Source of the DNA: Geosiphon pyriformis uo1
Taxonomy: Eukaryota; Fungi; Glomeromycota
Direction of reading: 5' to 3'
NCBI GenBank assembly: GCA_016748015.1
Contig: JAAOMT010000627.1
Location: 434,001 to 498,000 of the forward strand
Length of the DNA stretch: 64,000 bases
Below are positions 1-12,058 of the stretch, one piece after another. The position numbers and the translations under genes were made by a program. The notes beneath the pieces were generated by a model. That model was given only the letters and a program-made list of their open reading frames with translations, had not been told where the DNA came from and searched no databases. The first letter of the stretch is position 1. The number at the start of each line of letters is the position of its first letter.

Positions 1-582
1 CCATTGGTCGGCTTTGGCTGGTGGTTCCCCTGCTTCTGCCGTGTTGCGAGTTTTGTTTTGATGTTCCTTTGATGTTGGGCTGTACACTTTGGTGTGCAAA
101 AGGTTTGTGCTGGAGAAGTGGTATGAGGAGGCTTGCAGTGTTTTTGAGGATAGAAAGGTGGCCACTGCTCGGATTGTTGATTTTGTCAGATTTGTTGTTG
201 GGTTGCATTGTGCTAAAGTATGGTTGGCTAGGGCCAGCCACCAAGTAGTGATGGAGAAGGCTGGTCTGGTCTGTAACATTAGTGTTGTTTCTGGGCTCCC
301 CTGTGGTGTGTCTTCAGTTTTGTCTAATGGTGTTGTGAGATTGCTTGGTGTGGCCAATTCCTTTGCTATTAGCTTTGGTTGTCAGAAGCCTTATTGTTTC
401 TTTTCTGGTCTGGGTAGCAGTGTGCGGGTAATTATAGATGTGTAGTGTTGCCTTGTCTGGCCTGAATGGCTAGCCACATGTAGAAAGTGCGTGAGTCGCG
501 TTTAGTTTGAGTCTCTTAGTTTGGTTCTATGTACTAGATAGCGATTGGGCTACACTCATTAAATGTGTTAATAAAAAAAAAA
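1..582 (+). mobile_element. 3' end of a young LINE-like retrotransposon (ORF2 C-terminus, 3' UTR, poly-A)
   Basis: ORF 89..445 (CKRFVL...FFSGLGSSVRVIIDV*) matches the ORF2 C-terminus of the decayed copies. The ~125-nt 3' UTR (446-572) recurs six more times in the window. A10 tail at 573-582. GC-rich and retains CpG. Confidence 0.85.
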
Positions 583-635
583 TTAAAACATTATTTTTGT
601 TTTAAAGTTTGTTTTTTTTTGAAAAATAAAATATA

Positions 636-3500
636 TTTTTTTTAATTTAATAAGTACAACCCAATTATTATCTAGTATAAAAAAACAAACTAAGTAATTT
701 TAATTAAACATGGCTCATGTATTTACTATATGTAATTAGCTATTTAGATTAATTAAGACAATACTATACATTTATACAAACTTTTACATTATTGTTTACA
801 TTTAAAAAAAATAAATAAGCTTTATATAATTTAAACTAACAGTAAATAATTTCATAATACTTAACAAATTATCTCAATTAACAAAAAACCAGTCAGACTA
901 CAAAAAACATCAAACAACACTTTCTTATTACTTATCAAACTACTTTTTTTTATGTCTACTCTAAACTTTAATTTAAATATCCACAACTTACTACAATATT
1001 ATTCAGCCAAACAATAAACAAAATTAATCACCAATAATACAGTCTTTTTTTTTTTTATTAAAAACCAATACCATTTTATTAATCTAATTCTTAAAAACAA
1101 AACCTTTACACAAAATTATATAAATACTATTATTCAATAAAAATTAAAACAATAATATTATAAAATATTAACTAATTATTAAATAACAATATAAATAACA
1201 CAGAACAATAAATAAAATTAAAAAATATAATATATACATAATAATATATAAAATGTATACAAACATATCTAATTTAATGTAATTATAAACAAATAAGCCA
1301 AAAAGCATTTATAGTTAAATAAAAAGTCCAATAGCTTATTAATTATTTATTAATCAATTAGAATAAACACAATTATATATAACTTAAAATATGTATATAT
1401 ATAATAACTTTTTAATTAAAAAAAATACAAACTAACAAAAAGTTAATTAAACAAAAAAAAATTAAATTATAATTTCAAAAAAAGGTAAAAAGCATGCCTT
1501 TTTAACTTTATATTATAAAATCTATTAATAACAAAATCAGTAAATCGAAAAAAATTTTTTATTATAAATTAGAGCCTTAATAAAAATCTAAAAGAAATTA
1601 TTATCCTTTCATTATTGCTTTCTATTAGTAAAAACAATAATAAAAATATTCAACATAATAATAAAGCATAAATAAAATCTAAGCTTAACAAAATTAAAAA
1701 CATATTAGAAAAATATCAACTATATACAATTACATAAAATTTATTTGTAGTAATATTTTGGCCAAAATTAACAATTAACTTAAAAATTCAAAATAATTTT
1801 TTTATGTTTTGGAAAAATAATCTTTAATCAAAATTATTTTCAAATACTAATTTTATTAAATTCTGTTTTTTTTTAATTTTCTTTAAATTTATTAAAAATA
1901 GAATACCATTTTATTACAAGTAAAAAAATACAGATATCTGATATTAATACAATATAAAAAAATATATCTGTAAGAGTCTTAAAGAAAAACATAATTAAAA
2001 GTATAAAAATATAAAAAAATTCTTTTTAAAAAACTAATATAGTAGTAGTTACTAATAGCAATTTTAATGGAAACAATATACAAAACATTAAATTAAATAA
2101 AAAAACACTTACCAAAAAAATTATTCAATACTTGTTAAAAATTAAAAAAAACTTATTAAACTAATTTTTAAGTTTTTAAATAAGAAAAATAGTAGTAATT
2201 TATTAAACAAAAATCTAACATAAATTAAAATAATATTTATTAAGACTAATATACTTATCTATATATTATAATTAGATAATTTTCAATATTATTATTTAAT
2301 TTAAAACCATATTTAAAATTAATTATAATATAATTTTTAAAAAAACTACTTTATAACAATGCCAATATCTAAAGTCTCTAAAAAAAGAGTATCCAATACC
2401 AAAAATAATAAAAATAAGCAAGTTTTTACTAAAAATTTTCACAGTTTAACATGACCAAACAAGATTTTAAATTACATAAAAGCATTTTTTGAATAGGTAA
2501 AAATATAATTAAATAATTTAATATTATTATATATTAAACATAAAATATTCAAATAATTTTTATTATAAAGTTTTTTCTTAATTACAATTGGCAATTTTTA
2601 TAAACAATTTTTATTAAATATATATAAAAAACAACCAAAAGTCTGTTAATAAATCTAAAACACATATGAGAGTTTAAATATTAAACCAAGACAATACAAG
2701 CTTAGTTTATGTTTTAGATAAATCATTCACAATTTTTGCACTAAAATCTGTTTTTCATAGAGCATAACAAATTGTTTAATAAATATTGCAAACAAAATAA
2801 CAAGTTTTGTTTAATCTAACTGAATTATTAGTTAAGATAAATCTTTTATAAATCTTAACAGAAAAAATTAAACAAAATTATATTATAATATACACAAAAG
2901 CATTTGTTTAATTATTGTTAACATTATTTAAATGATCTTTAATCTTTATTTACTTTACAAAAATATTTTTTAATTTAATTAAATTAACTATATAATAATA
3001 TTCTATTCAATACTTATTTTAAAAATCAGACTAATTAAGCTTAAGCTTAAGCTCCAAAATACATGTATTAATTGCAGTCTGATAGTTTATATGCAAAATT
3101 ATTAAGCAAAAAAAAAGAATATTTTAATACCAAAATAATTGTCTATAATTCTCTTATTATTAAAGACAATAACTCATATATCTTAATATTTATATTTATT
3201 TTAACTTGAGAAAAGTAAGCTAGAATTTTATTAGTCACTTTTGTAGTATCCAATTTTTTTTAATAAACTATTGATATAAATATTTATTATTTTTATCTAT
3301 AACTTATACAAATGTTTTTAAATATCTAAAAAAATTTTTAAACTAAAAAAGTTCAAACAGTCAGAGCTAAAAATAATCCCATTAAATTTAACAAAGAAAT
3401 TGTTTATGTAAGTTAAAATTTTTTTAAATTATGATAAAACTGAATTCTTAAAACACAATTTTTTTCAATAATAAAAAGTTTTTTAATCTATAACCAATGT
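636..3500 (-). mobile_element. Decayed LINE 3' fragment (RNase H region to poly-A), interrupted by a solo LTR
   Basis: T-tract 636-643 followed by the reverse-complemented family 3' UTR. An eroded CCHC-type motif (LYNKNYLNILCLIY...NYIFTY) lies at ~2500-2560. ORF2 reads D-I-G-I-Y-I-I-L-C-K-G-F-V once 1128-2358 and one TSD copy are removed. Confidence 0.75.
1128..2358 (+). mobile_element. Heavily mutated solo LTR (1231 bp)
   Basis: Termini TATTAT...ATAACA (eroded TGTTAC...GTAACA). TSD ATAC (1124-1127) / ATGC (2359-2362). Eroded CCAAT box (ATTAACTAATTA, ~1168-1179) and ATGTATATATA (~1391) at positions similar to LTRs A and C. Excision restores the host LINE frame. Confidence 0.7.
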
Positions 3501-5780
3501 TTTTATTTTTATTTTTATTAAAGTTTAATAAGTATAATTTAATTGCTATCTAGTATATAAAACCAAAGCTAAGAGTTCCAATTAAATACAATTTACACTC
3601 TTTCTATATATAACCAGTTACTTGAACTAATTAAGAATACACTATGTTAATGCTTTAAAAAAAACTTACCCAAAAAAGACATTTTTTAAGCAACTTTAAA
3701 TAATATAGTATTATTAAGAACCAATTTTACTAACCAACTAATTATTTTAAATATATTAGACTTGATATTAGTATATTTATGCTTCCAAAGTAACAGCAAA
3801 TTAGAAAACATATTATTATTAATAACAAACAAATTTACATGAAAACTAAACATATTAATATTAATAAAACCACAATCATTTTTCAGCACAACTATATTAT
3901 GTTTTAGCTTACTTATAGTTTTATTAAAAATATTTATATATATCAAAATTTTATTAATCTTGAAACCAAAAATACTGCTTAATACAAAATCACTTTTTAC
4001 AAACTGTTCAAACATAGTAATCAATATACTAACAATATTAACAATTAAATTAACCAAAGTTGACAACTTAACCAAATTAGATTTCAAAAATGCCAGCAAA
4101 AAAAAAACCAAAAAATTAACAACAACTATAAAAAAAAAAGCAGAAGCTACTAGAAAAAAAAGCATTAGAGAATTAAAAAAACAGAGACCTTAACATAAGA
4201 CTTAGTACTCACAAAATATAGAACAAATATCTTAAAAGCCTTAAAAAAAAAAAATAAAGAAATTCTATAATCTATGGCCAAATAACATATTTTTTAACAC
4301 CTAAAACAGCATCAATAGTCAAAAGTTTTCTATTAAATATAATACTTCTTTAGTATACCAGTTTTGATTACAGCAGTATTCAAATCAACTTAAGATTCAA
4401 ACATAATTAGAACAAACTGAAAATAATAACTAGAATCAAAAAAGTAAAGAATAAAACATGTCTAATTTTTAACTTAAGAAATCATATTAATAATCTTAAA
4501 AACAATACAACCAGAGTAAAAATTAATTAACTTGGTCTTAAACTTATCATTAAATATAATAGTTTTATTTTAATTCACCAAAGAAAAGATTTTAATACTA
4601 TTTTTATTTACTAAAACTGATTAATAATTCAAAGTAAATACAGCAAAGTCCAGTTTTTTAAAATGAATAATTATATATTGCCAAATTTCAATAGGTTTTA
4701 GCACAACATAAGCAATTTTACTAAACATATTAAGAGCTGTTTTGATATCAGCAGCAAATATATTTAAAAACATATTATACAGTGTAATAGCAACAAAAAA
4801 AAAACCAGTTTTAGAAACCATCAAAAACTTGACAATTTTAAAAGTAGCCAAACAAATAAAACTTGTAAGCTTAACCTAAAAAGCTGTTTTCAAAAATTTC
4901 TAAAAAGCAAACTCTATACAAAAAGGTTTTATATTGTCCTTTAATACGAACTTTACATCCAAAAAACCATATACAGACTAAAAAACAGTCTTAACATAAG
5001 CCAATTTAATTTTAAAAATAGCATTAGACACCAGAGTAAAGACCATCTATTCAGTAAATCTTTAATGACTAAAAATAGTTTTCTAAGCACTACTAATAAC
5101 AGTACCAGAAACCAACAAAAAATAATTCAGTTTCTATTTGGTTAACCCAATTCTTAAGAACAGATAACTCTATAGGAGATAATTGTTTTGTTTCTAAAAT
5201 TAATAATAATCTATTAAAAGACACCATATTTAACAATATATCTAGTAGTTGATTTTAGCCTATGTTAAACAATATACTAAATAATACAACAGAAATTAAA
5301 TTTAAGATTTCATTAGAAACCATAAAAAAATTTAGTGTAATAATAGCAGAGATAAGCAATTGTTCTTACTTTTTTAAATCTTTAATCTTTTTAACCATAT
5401 TTTTTGAAAAGATAATGCTAGCAGCACCAAATATAAAAATTAAAAAAAGAAAAACCAGCTTGTTAACTAGTTTGTTATTAAAAACTTTTGGGCTTTTAGA
5501 TAGGGTAGAAGCAATATTAAAACTAATTTAAGAGTGTCTTTTTGAAGAAACTTTGATTGATAAAAAACCAGCCAAAGATAAAAAAAATGGTTTAATAACT
5601 ACCAAAAGCAGCTTTTTATAATTATTAAGTAAAAGAAAGACTTTTAAAATGTTTTGTCTAACTGCTTTTACAACAGAAAGAACTTTTTTGGTTAAAACTT
5701 TATAAGATATCAGTTACAGTTTTTTTATTCTTTGCTCTAGTCATAATTATAAAATTAAGAAGACAAAAAGTTTTAATACC
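3500..5780 (-). mobile_element. ORF1-only non-autonomous LINE derivative (HAL1-like), ~2.3 kb
   Basis: ATG at 5744 (MTRAKNKK...), eroded CCHC knuckle (CFRC...) at ~4270-4315, and coiled-coil-like C-terminus (ORF 3686..4165). Stop TAG at 3642-3644 is followed directly by the LINE 3' UTR and an A-rich tail (~3500-3520). No ORF2. The 5' end is approximate. Confidence 0.75.
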
Positions 5781-5849
5781 TTTTTACCAAATTATTATTA
5801 TTAAAATCTAAATTATTTAATTATATTTTTATTTATATTTAATTTAATA

Positions 5850-7190
5850 TTAAAACTTAAAGTTTTTAAAAAATTATTATTTTAACAAAAATATTTTTAT
5901 TGACAAAAAAATTTGAATTTAATATTAAATATATTATTAAGTAAATTATTTATATTTTATTTTATTTTAAGATTAACAACTTGTTAACTTGAATTTTTTT
6001 CAAAATACTAATGTTTTTTTAATTAAAAAATTTTTTTTTGATTTTAATATTTAAAAAAAAAGAATATTTATTAATTTTATAACTAAAATAATTAAACCAA
6101 TAAACTTAACAATAAATTTAATTAACAAAGTAAGTTTAATTAATTCAAATTTTAAAAAAACCAATTTAAAACTTATTATAAAATTAATATTAACAAAAAA
6201 TAATAGTCTTTATATATAATTTTATATTAATAATATAACTTATAAAACATTTATAATATTTTTAATATTATTTACAATAATTACAAAAAACAATAACAAT
6301 AAAAACAAACTAAACAGAAAACTTAATAATTTTAAAAGTAAAAAAAATAATTTAACAAACTTAATTTATATAGTAATATTTAAAAAAACTTAAAATATAA
6401 ATTTTATACAAAAAAATTTAATATTTTTTTAATAAATAATTTTAATTTTAACTTTGTAGTTTTATTAAATACTAAAATAAAACTATTTATTTATTTAAAA
6501 ACTTTTAACAATTTATAATAGTTTTTTAGCTATTATTAAAAAAAATTTTAAAAAACAAATAATTTAGTTTTTATTTAATCTGTTTAATCTTTAAAATTAA
6601 GTAATTAATAAACAAATAAATTAAAATTGTATATAAAAACATAACTTTTTTTGTTTTTATAGTTAATTATAATTTAATAAATAAACAAAATTAAATATTA
6701 ATTTAATATAGATTTAATAAATATATTTTTATTATTATTTAAAACAAATAATTAATTATTATTTATAGTTAAAATACTAAGTATTATAATAAATTTGGTA
6801 AAAAAATTTGAATAAAAAAAAAGTTGGTTTTAATATTATTAAAAACACTAATAATTAACTTAAAAAAAATTGGTTTTTTATTATTTGAATAATTAAAAAA
6901 AAGTTATAAAAAAAAATAACAATTTAATTACCAACTTAAAATTAAAAATTTTAAAGCTGTTTAAGATAATAATAACTATTTTTAATATGTTATTTTAATA
7001 GAAAAAACTTTAATTAAAGCCAAAAAGATGTTTTAAAATTAGCAAAAAACCAATTTATTATAATATTATTTAAAAAAATGCTTTTACAAAATACTATTAA
7101 ACAGTTTTTATAATTGTAAATATATTTTTGATAAAAATATTATTAATAATTTTAAGTATTAAGATATTAGTAATTTTTTATTTTAAATAT
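5850..7190 (+). mobile_element. Extremely AT-eroded LINE ORF1-type remnant
   Basis: Local similarity to the reverse complements of ~34560-34660 and of the 3500-5780 element. Boundaries uncertain. Confidence 0.4.
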
Positions 7191-7192
7191 AA

Positions 7193-7960
7193 TTTTTTTT
7201 GTTTAATTTATAAATTTAAATATTATTTAATATAATATATTAAATTAAGTAACTTAAATTAAATATAAATTATGTACTTTTTATATATAATTAGATATTA
7301 ATTTAATTTAATTTAAATTAAACTAAATTAAATTTAAAAAAGAAAATCTATATTAAAAAGATATTTTATGTATAATTATAATTAAAAAACTATTATTTAC
7401 TAATTTACTTAATTATTTAATAGTTTTATCTAAATATTGTTTAATTTTAAAAAATTAATGTTCTTATAAAATTATTAATTAAAAATAAATATTTTTATTT
7501 AATATATAGTTAATATTATTTATTAAATTAGTTTTATATTATATTTAGATTTAATTTTAATTATTTTAATATTAATTTTGCTTAAAATTTTATCAAAAAT
7601 AGATAATTTATTATAAATAAATACAATTAAATTTTTAATTTTTATATATATAATAGAAAAAATATTTAAAATAATAATAATTAATATAATTAATAAATTA
7701 ATTGGTTTAATAATAAATTTAATTAAAGCAGTTAAATTTAAGATCTGAAAATTTAAAAAATTTAATTTAAACTTAATAACTAAATTAATAACAAAAATAT
7801 TTAAAAAAACAACAAAAAAAAACAAAAATCTTAGCATAAGATTTTTTATTAATAAAAAATAATACAAAAAATTTAAAGTTAATAACAAACTTAATAACAT
7901 ATTATTATAAACCAATAAATTTTAATTTAACTAAAATAACAATACTAAAAACACCAAAAA
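7193..7960 (-). mobile_element. 3' fragment of a second ORF1-only (HAL1-like) element
   Basis: ORF 7523..7915 and the following ~200 nt resemble the ORF1 C-terminus at 3642-4165. 7221-7300 is the family 3' UTR with mostly C>T/G>A changes. Confidence 0.6.
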
Positions 7961-10900
7961 CATTTTTAATATATATATATATTTTTTATTAATTAATGAA
8001 TATAGTTTAATTACTATTTAATATACAGAAACAAACTAAATGAATCTAACCAAATGTGGCTCATGTATTTATTACATATAATCAATTATTTGGGCCAATT
8101 AAGACAACATTATGCACTTATATATATTTTTACAATATTACAAATTCTTGAAAAAAAATAACAAATCTTATATAAGCCAAAACTTATGGCAAAAAATTTA
8201 ACAATACTAAACAAATAAACAATCTCTGTAGATAAACAACAAAATATTTTGCAAAAAAAGAAAAAACTACTTTCATATTACTTACTAAATCATTCTTTTA
8301 TATATTTATCCTAAATTTCACTCTAAATTACTATAGTTCACTTTAATGTTTTTTAGCCAAACATTGAGCAAAATTAATTACCATTAATATAACTTTCTCC
8401 CTATTGTCACAAATTAAAATCACTTTATTTGTCCAATCTTTGAAAACAAAATCTTTATATAAAGCCATATAAACACTAATATTTGACATCTCAGAAAAAA
8501 GAGTTTATAACATTAAAAATGACAATAAAGAACATCCAACTGTCAAAGATTTTTATGAGTAATTTTTGTTATAAAGTCTTTTTCTAACAGCAATAGACAG
8601 TCTTTTGTGAACTATTTTTATTAAATATATATGAAAAGTAGTTAAAGCTTTGCTTATAAATCCTAAAAGCATATATAAGTCTAAATGCCAAACTTTTGCA
8701 ATACTAGCCCAATCTATATTACTAATTATTATTTTATCCATAATTTCAGCATTAGGACCAGCTTCTTATTAAGCATAAAAAACAGTCTAATAAATATCCC
8801 AAACAAAATAACAAGTATTTTTTAATATTATCTGGTTATTAATTACAATATATCTTTTATTAATCTCTTTAGAGAAAACAAAACCTGAATGTATTGCTTT
8901 ACATATAATAACATTAGCTTTGTTATTATCTATATCTTTCAAATAATCTTTAATCTTTACTTATTTAACCAAAATATTCTTAATTTTAATCAAATTAACA
9001 ATATAATATCTTTCTACTTAGCACTTGTTTTAAAAGTCCAGCAAATGCAGTTTAATTTCTAAAGTACATATATTCAAGACTGATTAACTGTTTATATATA
9101 CAATTACCAAGCAAAATAAAGGCACATATTTCAATATCAAAGCAATTACTTGAAGTTTTATTAATGTAAAAGACAGCAATTTATACATCTTAACATCTAT
9201 ACTCATCTTAATATTAGAAAAATAAGCCATTATCTCACCAGTAACTTTTATAGTATCTAAATATTTTAAAGATTTGTCTGTATAAATATTAAAAACATCA
9301 GTTTACAGTCCATATAAATATTTTTTAATATTTCAAAAGCCTTTTGAACAAATAACATCTGAGCAGTTAGAAGCAAAAACAATTACATTAGTACTAACAA
9401 AATAATTATTTATGTAGACTAAGACTTTTTTAAATTACAAAGACACTGAATTCTTAGAACTTAATTTCTTCTAGTGATAAAAAGTTTTTTAACTTACTAC
9501 TAATCTATGCTTATCTAGTAATCTGTTATTAAAGACAATACCAAAATACTTCAAAAAAAGAATCACATTATAATAAAAGAAGTTCCCTAAAATCTTAAAT
9601 ATAGAAAAACAACCAGTATTACAAAATACACAAGAAAATTTGTTGGTTAAAAATATCTTATTATTCAAAAAAATTTTTACAATATTTGCTAAAAAATTGT
9701 TTATAAAACTGACTTTTAATCTAATGAAATATTGCAAAAAATTCATTAGAGCTTATTCTAAGACTTGCAAATTCAGAAAACAATGTTTAAACAATTGACT
9801 AAAAATATCAGACATATTAAAAAATCCAATCAGTAAAACAATTTTGTTTTTTGCTTGTATCTGTTTAAATATTTTAAGTCCATAAAAATAAAGATAGTAT
9901 AATGCCTTATTAAGAAAATCTCTTGGCAAGTTAGTCTTAAACTTTAACTCTTTTTTCAACATAATATTTCACTTTTGATATACATTTTTAGATATAAAAC
10001 CAAACTGTGTCTAATAACTAATAATGGGTTGTAGAATTGTTAAAACCAAATATAAAAACTGTTAATTAGATAATATTTTTTTGAGAACCAAATTAGAAAA
10101 AAACTTGATATTTAAATATGCTTTGCTTAAACAAACTCTCTGTTAACAAAAAAATATCCAAGTATCAGTAAGATTTACCATACCTAGCTATAAAAATTGG
10201 CCAATTACTAATGTGAAAAGAAGTATTTATGATCTTTTGATTAATAAAAATTTTATTTATTTTAAAAAACTTATTAACAATATTCAAAATATACTGTGTT
10301 AAAATCTGACTATTCTTCACTCAAATTATGTTATTAACAAATATATCTGTTGTAAAAAATAAAAATGTGTTTTTACTTACCTTTTCTTTGCCTATTTTTG
10401 CCACAAAGTTTGTATTAATTCTGTATTTATATAAATGCTTCTGTCTTTTAATTTTGCATAGCAAAAGATCATAAAAAATTCTTCACAAGAGTAATAAGAA
10501 AACTTTATTTTAATTTAGTCTATTAAGCACTCTATATTCATCTAAAAGACCAAAATTGGTCATTATTTTGTTGATTCTATTTACATGTATATTTTTAAAG
10601 AACTTAATAAACTTATTACACATTTTTATTTATTTCAAACTAGTTTCCAGATGTTACTACTTAATTGAATTATAGGTTTTATAAATATTCTATAAAACCA
10701 GCCAAACTTTTTGATTCTTTTTCAAAACATCTTTTACTATAAATCCAATTACAAATACAAAAGATTGAGTAGAAGTGCTTTTTAAGACTAAAAAGTTATC
10801 ATCACAAAAAACATTATACCTAATACAAACAAATGAAATATGGTCCAATAAAATCTTAAATGGTATTTTTTTAGCTGTTTTAATAAGTATAATAAACTAT

Positions 10901-11214
10901 GTATTTGTTAAGATATTTTTCTATTTATATGGTTTAGAGATTATTAAAACTCATGCTTTTTTTTAAAAAGTTAAAACATTACCAAACACCAAATAAAAAT
11001 TCAGCAAACTTAATAAACAAGCTAATATTTAATTACTATAATACTTTTAAAGTTCATTTAATATGTCTAATAAACCAGCTGCTTTGCCATTAAACAAGTT
11101 ATCAATTATCATAACTATTTTATACATATTGATTTCATCTATTACTTCAGAAAAAACATTTTTTTTTACATAATTCAACAATGTGTATTGTCAAAATTAA
11201 ATGATAAACAGCAT

Positions 11215-12039
11215 TGTTACTCATAGAAAGAAAACAGATATAGGGAAATAGTAAACCAATAAATGAATAGCATGTAGCATATGAGCATATTGCTTAGCAA
11301 GGTAGAGCAATGTCAGAAAACATAGCACATTGCTCAGCAATGTGGAGCAATGTTAAAAAATTAGGACATATTGCTCAAGAAATCATAGCACATTGCTTGG
11401 GAATGTGAGCAATCTCATAGAACATTAATTATGTATATATAGTGGTAGCATTAGAAGTAGAAAGAGCAGAATCCTTTAATTAGAAATTTTCTATCCACAA
11501 ATATTAAATAAATAAATCATTCATCATCCAAAACCACTCTCCATTATCAACACTTCATGTTGATAGTAATTGATACTTAACCACACTGGAACAATAGCTT
11601 TTGATCATGGCTATTGACGGAATACTAACTTGCAATTGCTTTTGTTTATTTGTTTATTTTCTTTTATTTTCTTTTATTTCTTTTTGTTATTTTTTTTGTT
11701 TTACTAATTGATTAAAGAGTTAAGCACTAAGTTATTGATGTCAAGAATAGCCTGATAAAAGACTCTAAAGGAAGGGTATCGAAATTGAGAATTTAAAAAT
11801 AGTTTATCAGAAAGACATCTCTGCCAAGATTACTGGCCACCACGCTGAGAAAAAAATTCAACAGAATTGCAATTCTGGGAGGTTATAGGAAAGACAACAA
11901 TTAAATCTCTGTCTATTATACAAAGAACTCCACAACAAAATCTTCAGATCATCATCATTATTACCAATGACAATAGCTCTTAAGCACCAAGTTACAGGTT
12001 TGTTATTTGACTTGAGACCCCAAATAATCATTTGTAATA
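11215..12039 (+). repeat. 5' LTR of element A
   Basis: TGTTAC...GTAATA. Direct repeat of 30073-30887. CCAAT box, tandem AGCACATTGCT motifs, TATA, AATAAA. Confidence 0.95.
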
Positions 12040-12041
12040 TT

Positions 12042-12058
12042 TGGTGCTTTCTGTGAGG
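12042..12058 (+). promoter_or_regulatory. Primer-binding site of A (probably elongator tRNA-Met)
   Basis: TGGTGCTTTCTGTGAGG, 2 nt after the LTR. Resembles the complement of eukaryotic elongator tRNA-Met 3' ends. Confidence 0.7.

Noticed and set aside
458-500. Hammerhead-like CTGA...GAAA in the LINE 3' UTR
   Set aside because: The core reads CUGAAUG, not CUGANGA, and the motif is not kept in the other copies.
5800-8000. AT-rich tract and hydrophobic I/L/F/K/N ORFs as mitochondrial, centromeric or membrane-protein sequence
   Set aside because: They are explained as hypermutated LINE-derived sequence. The amino-acid bias follows from the base composition.
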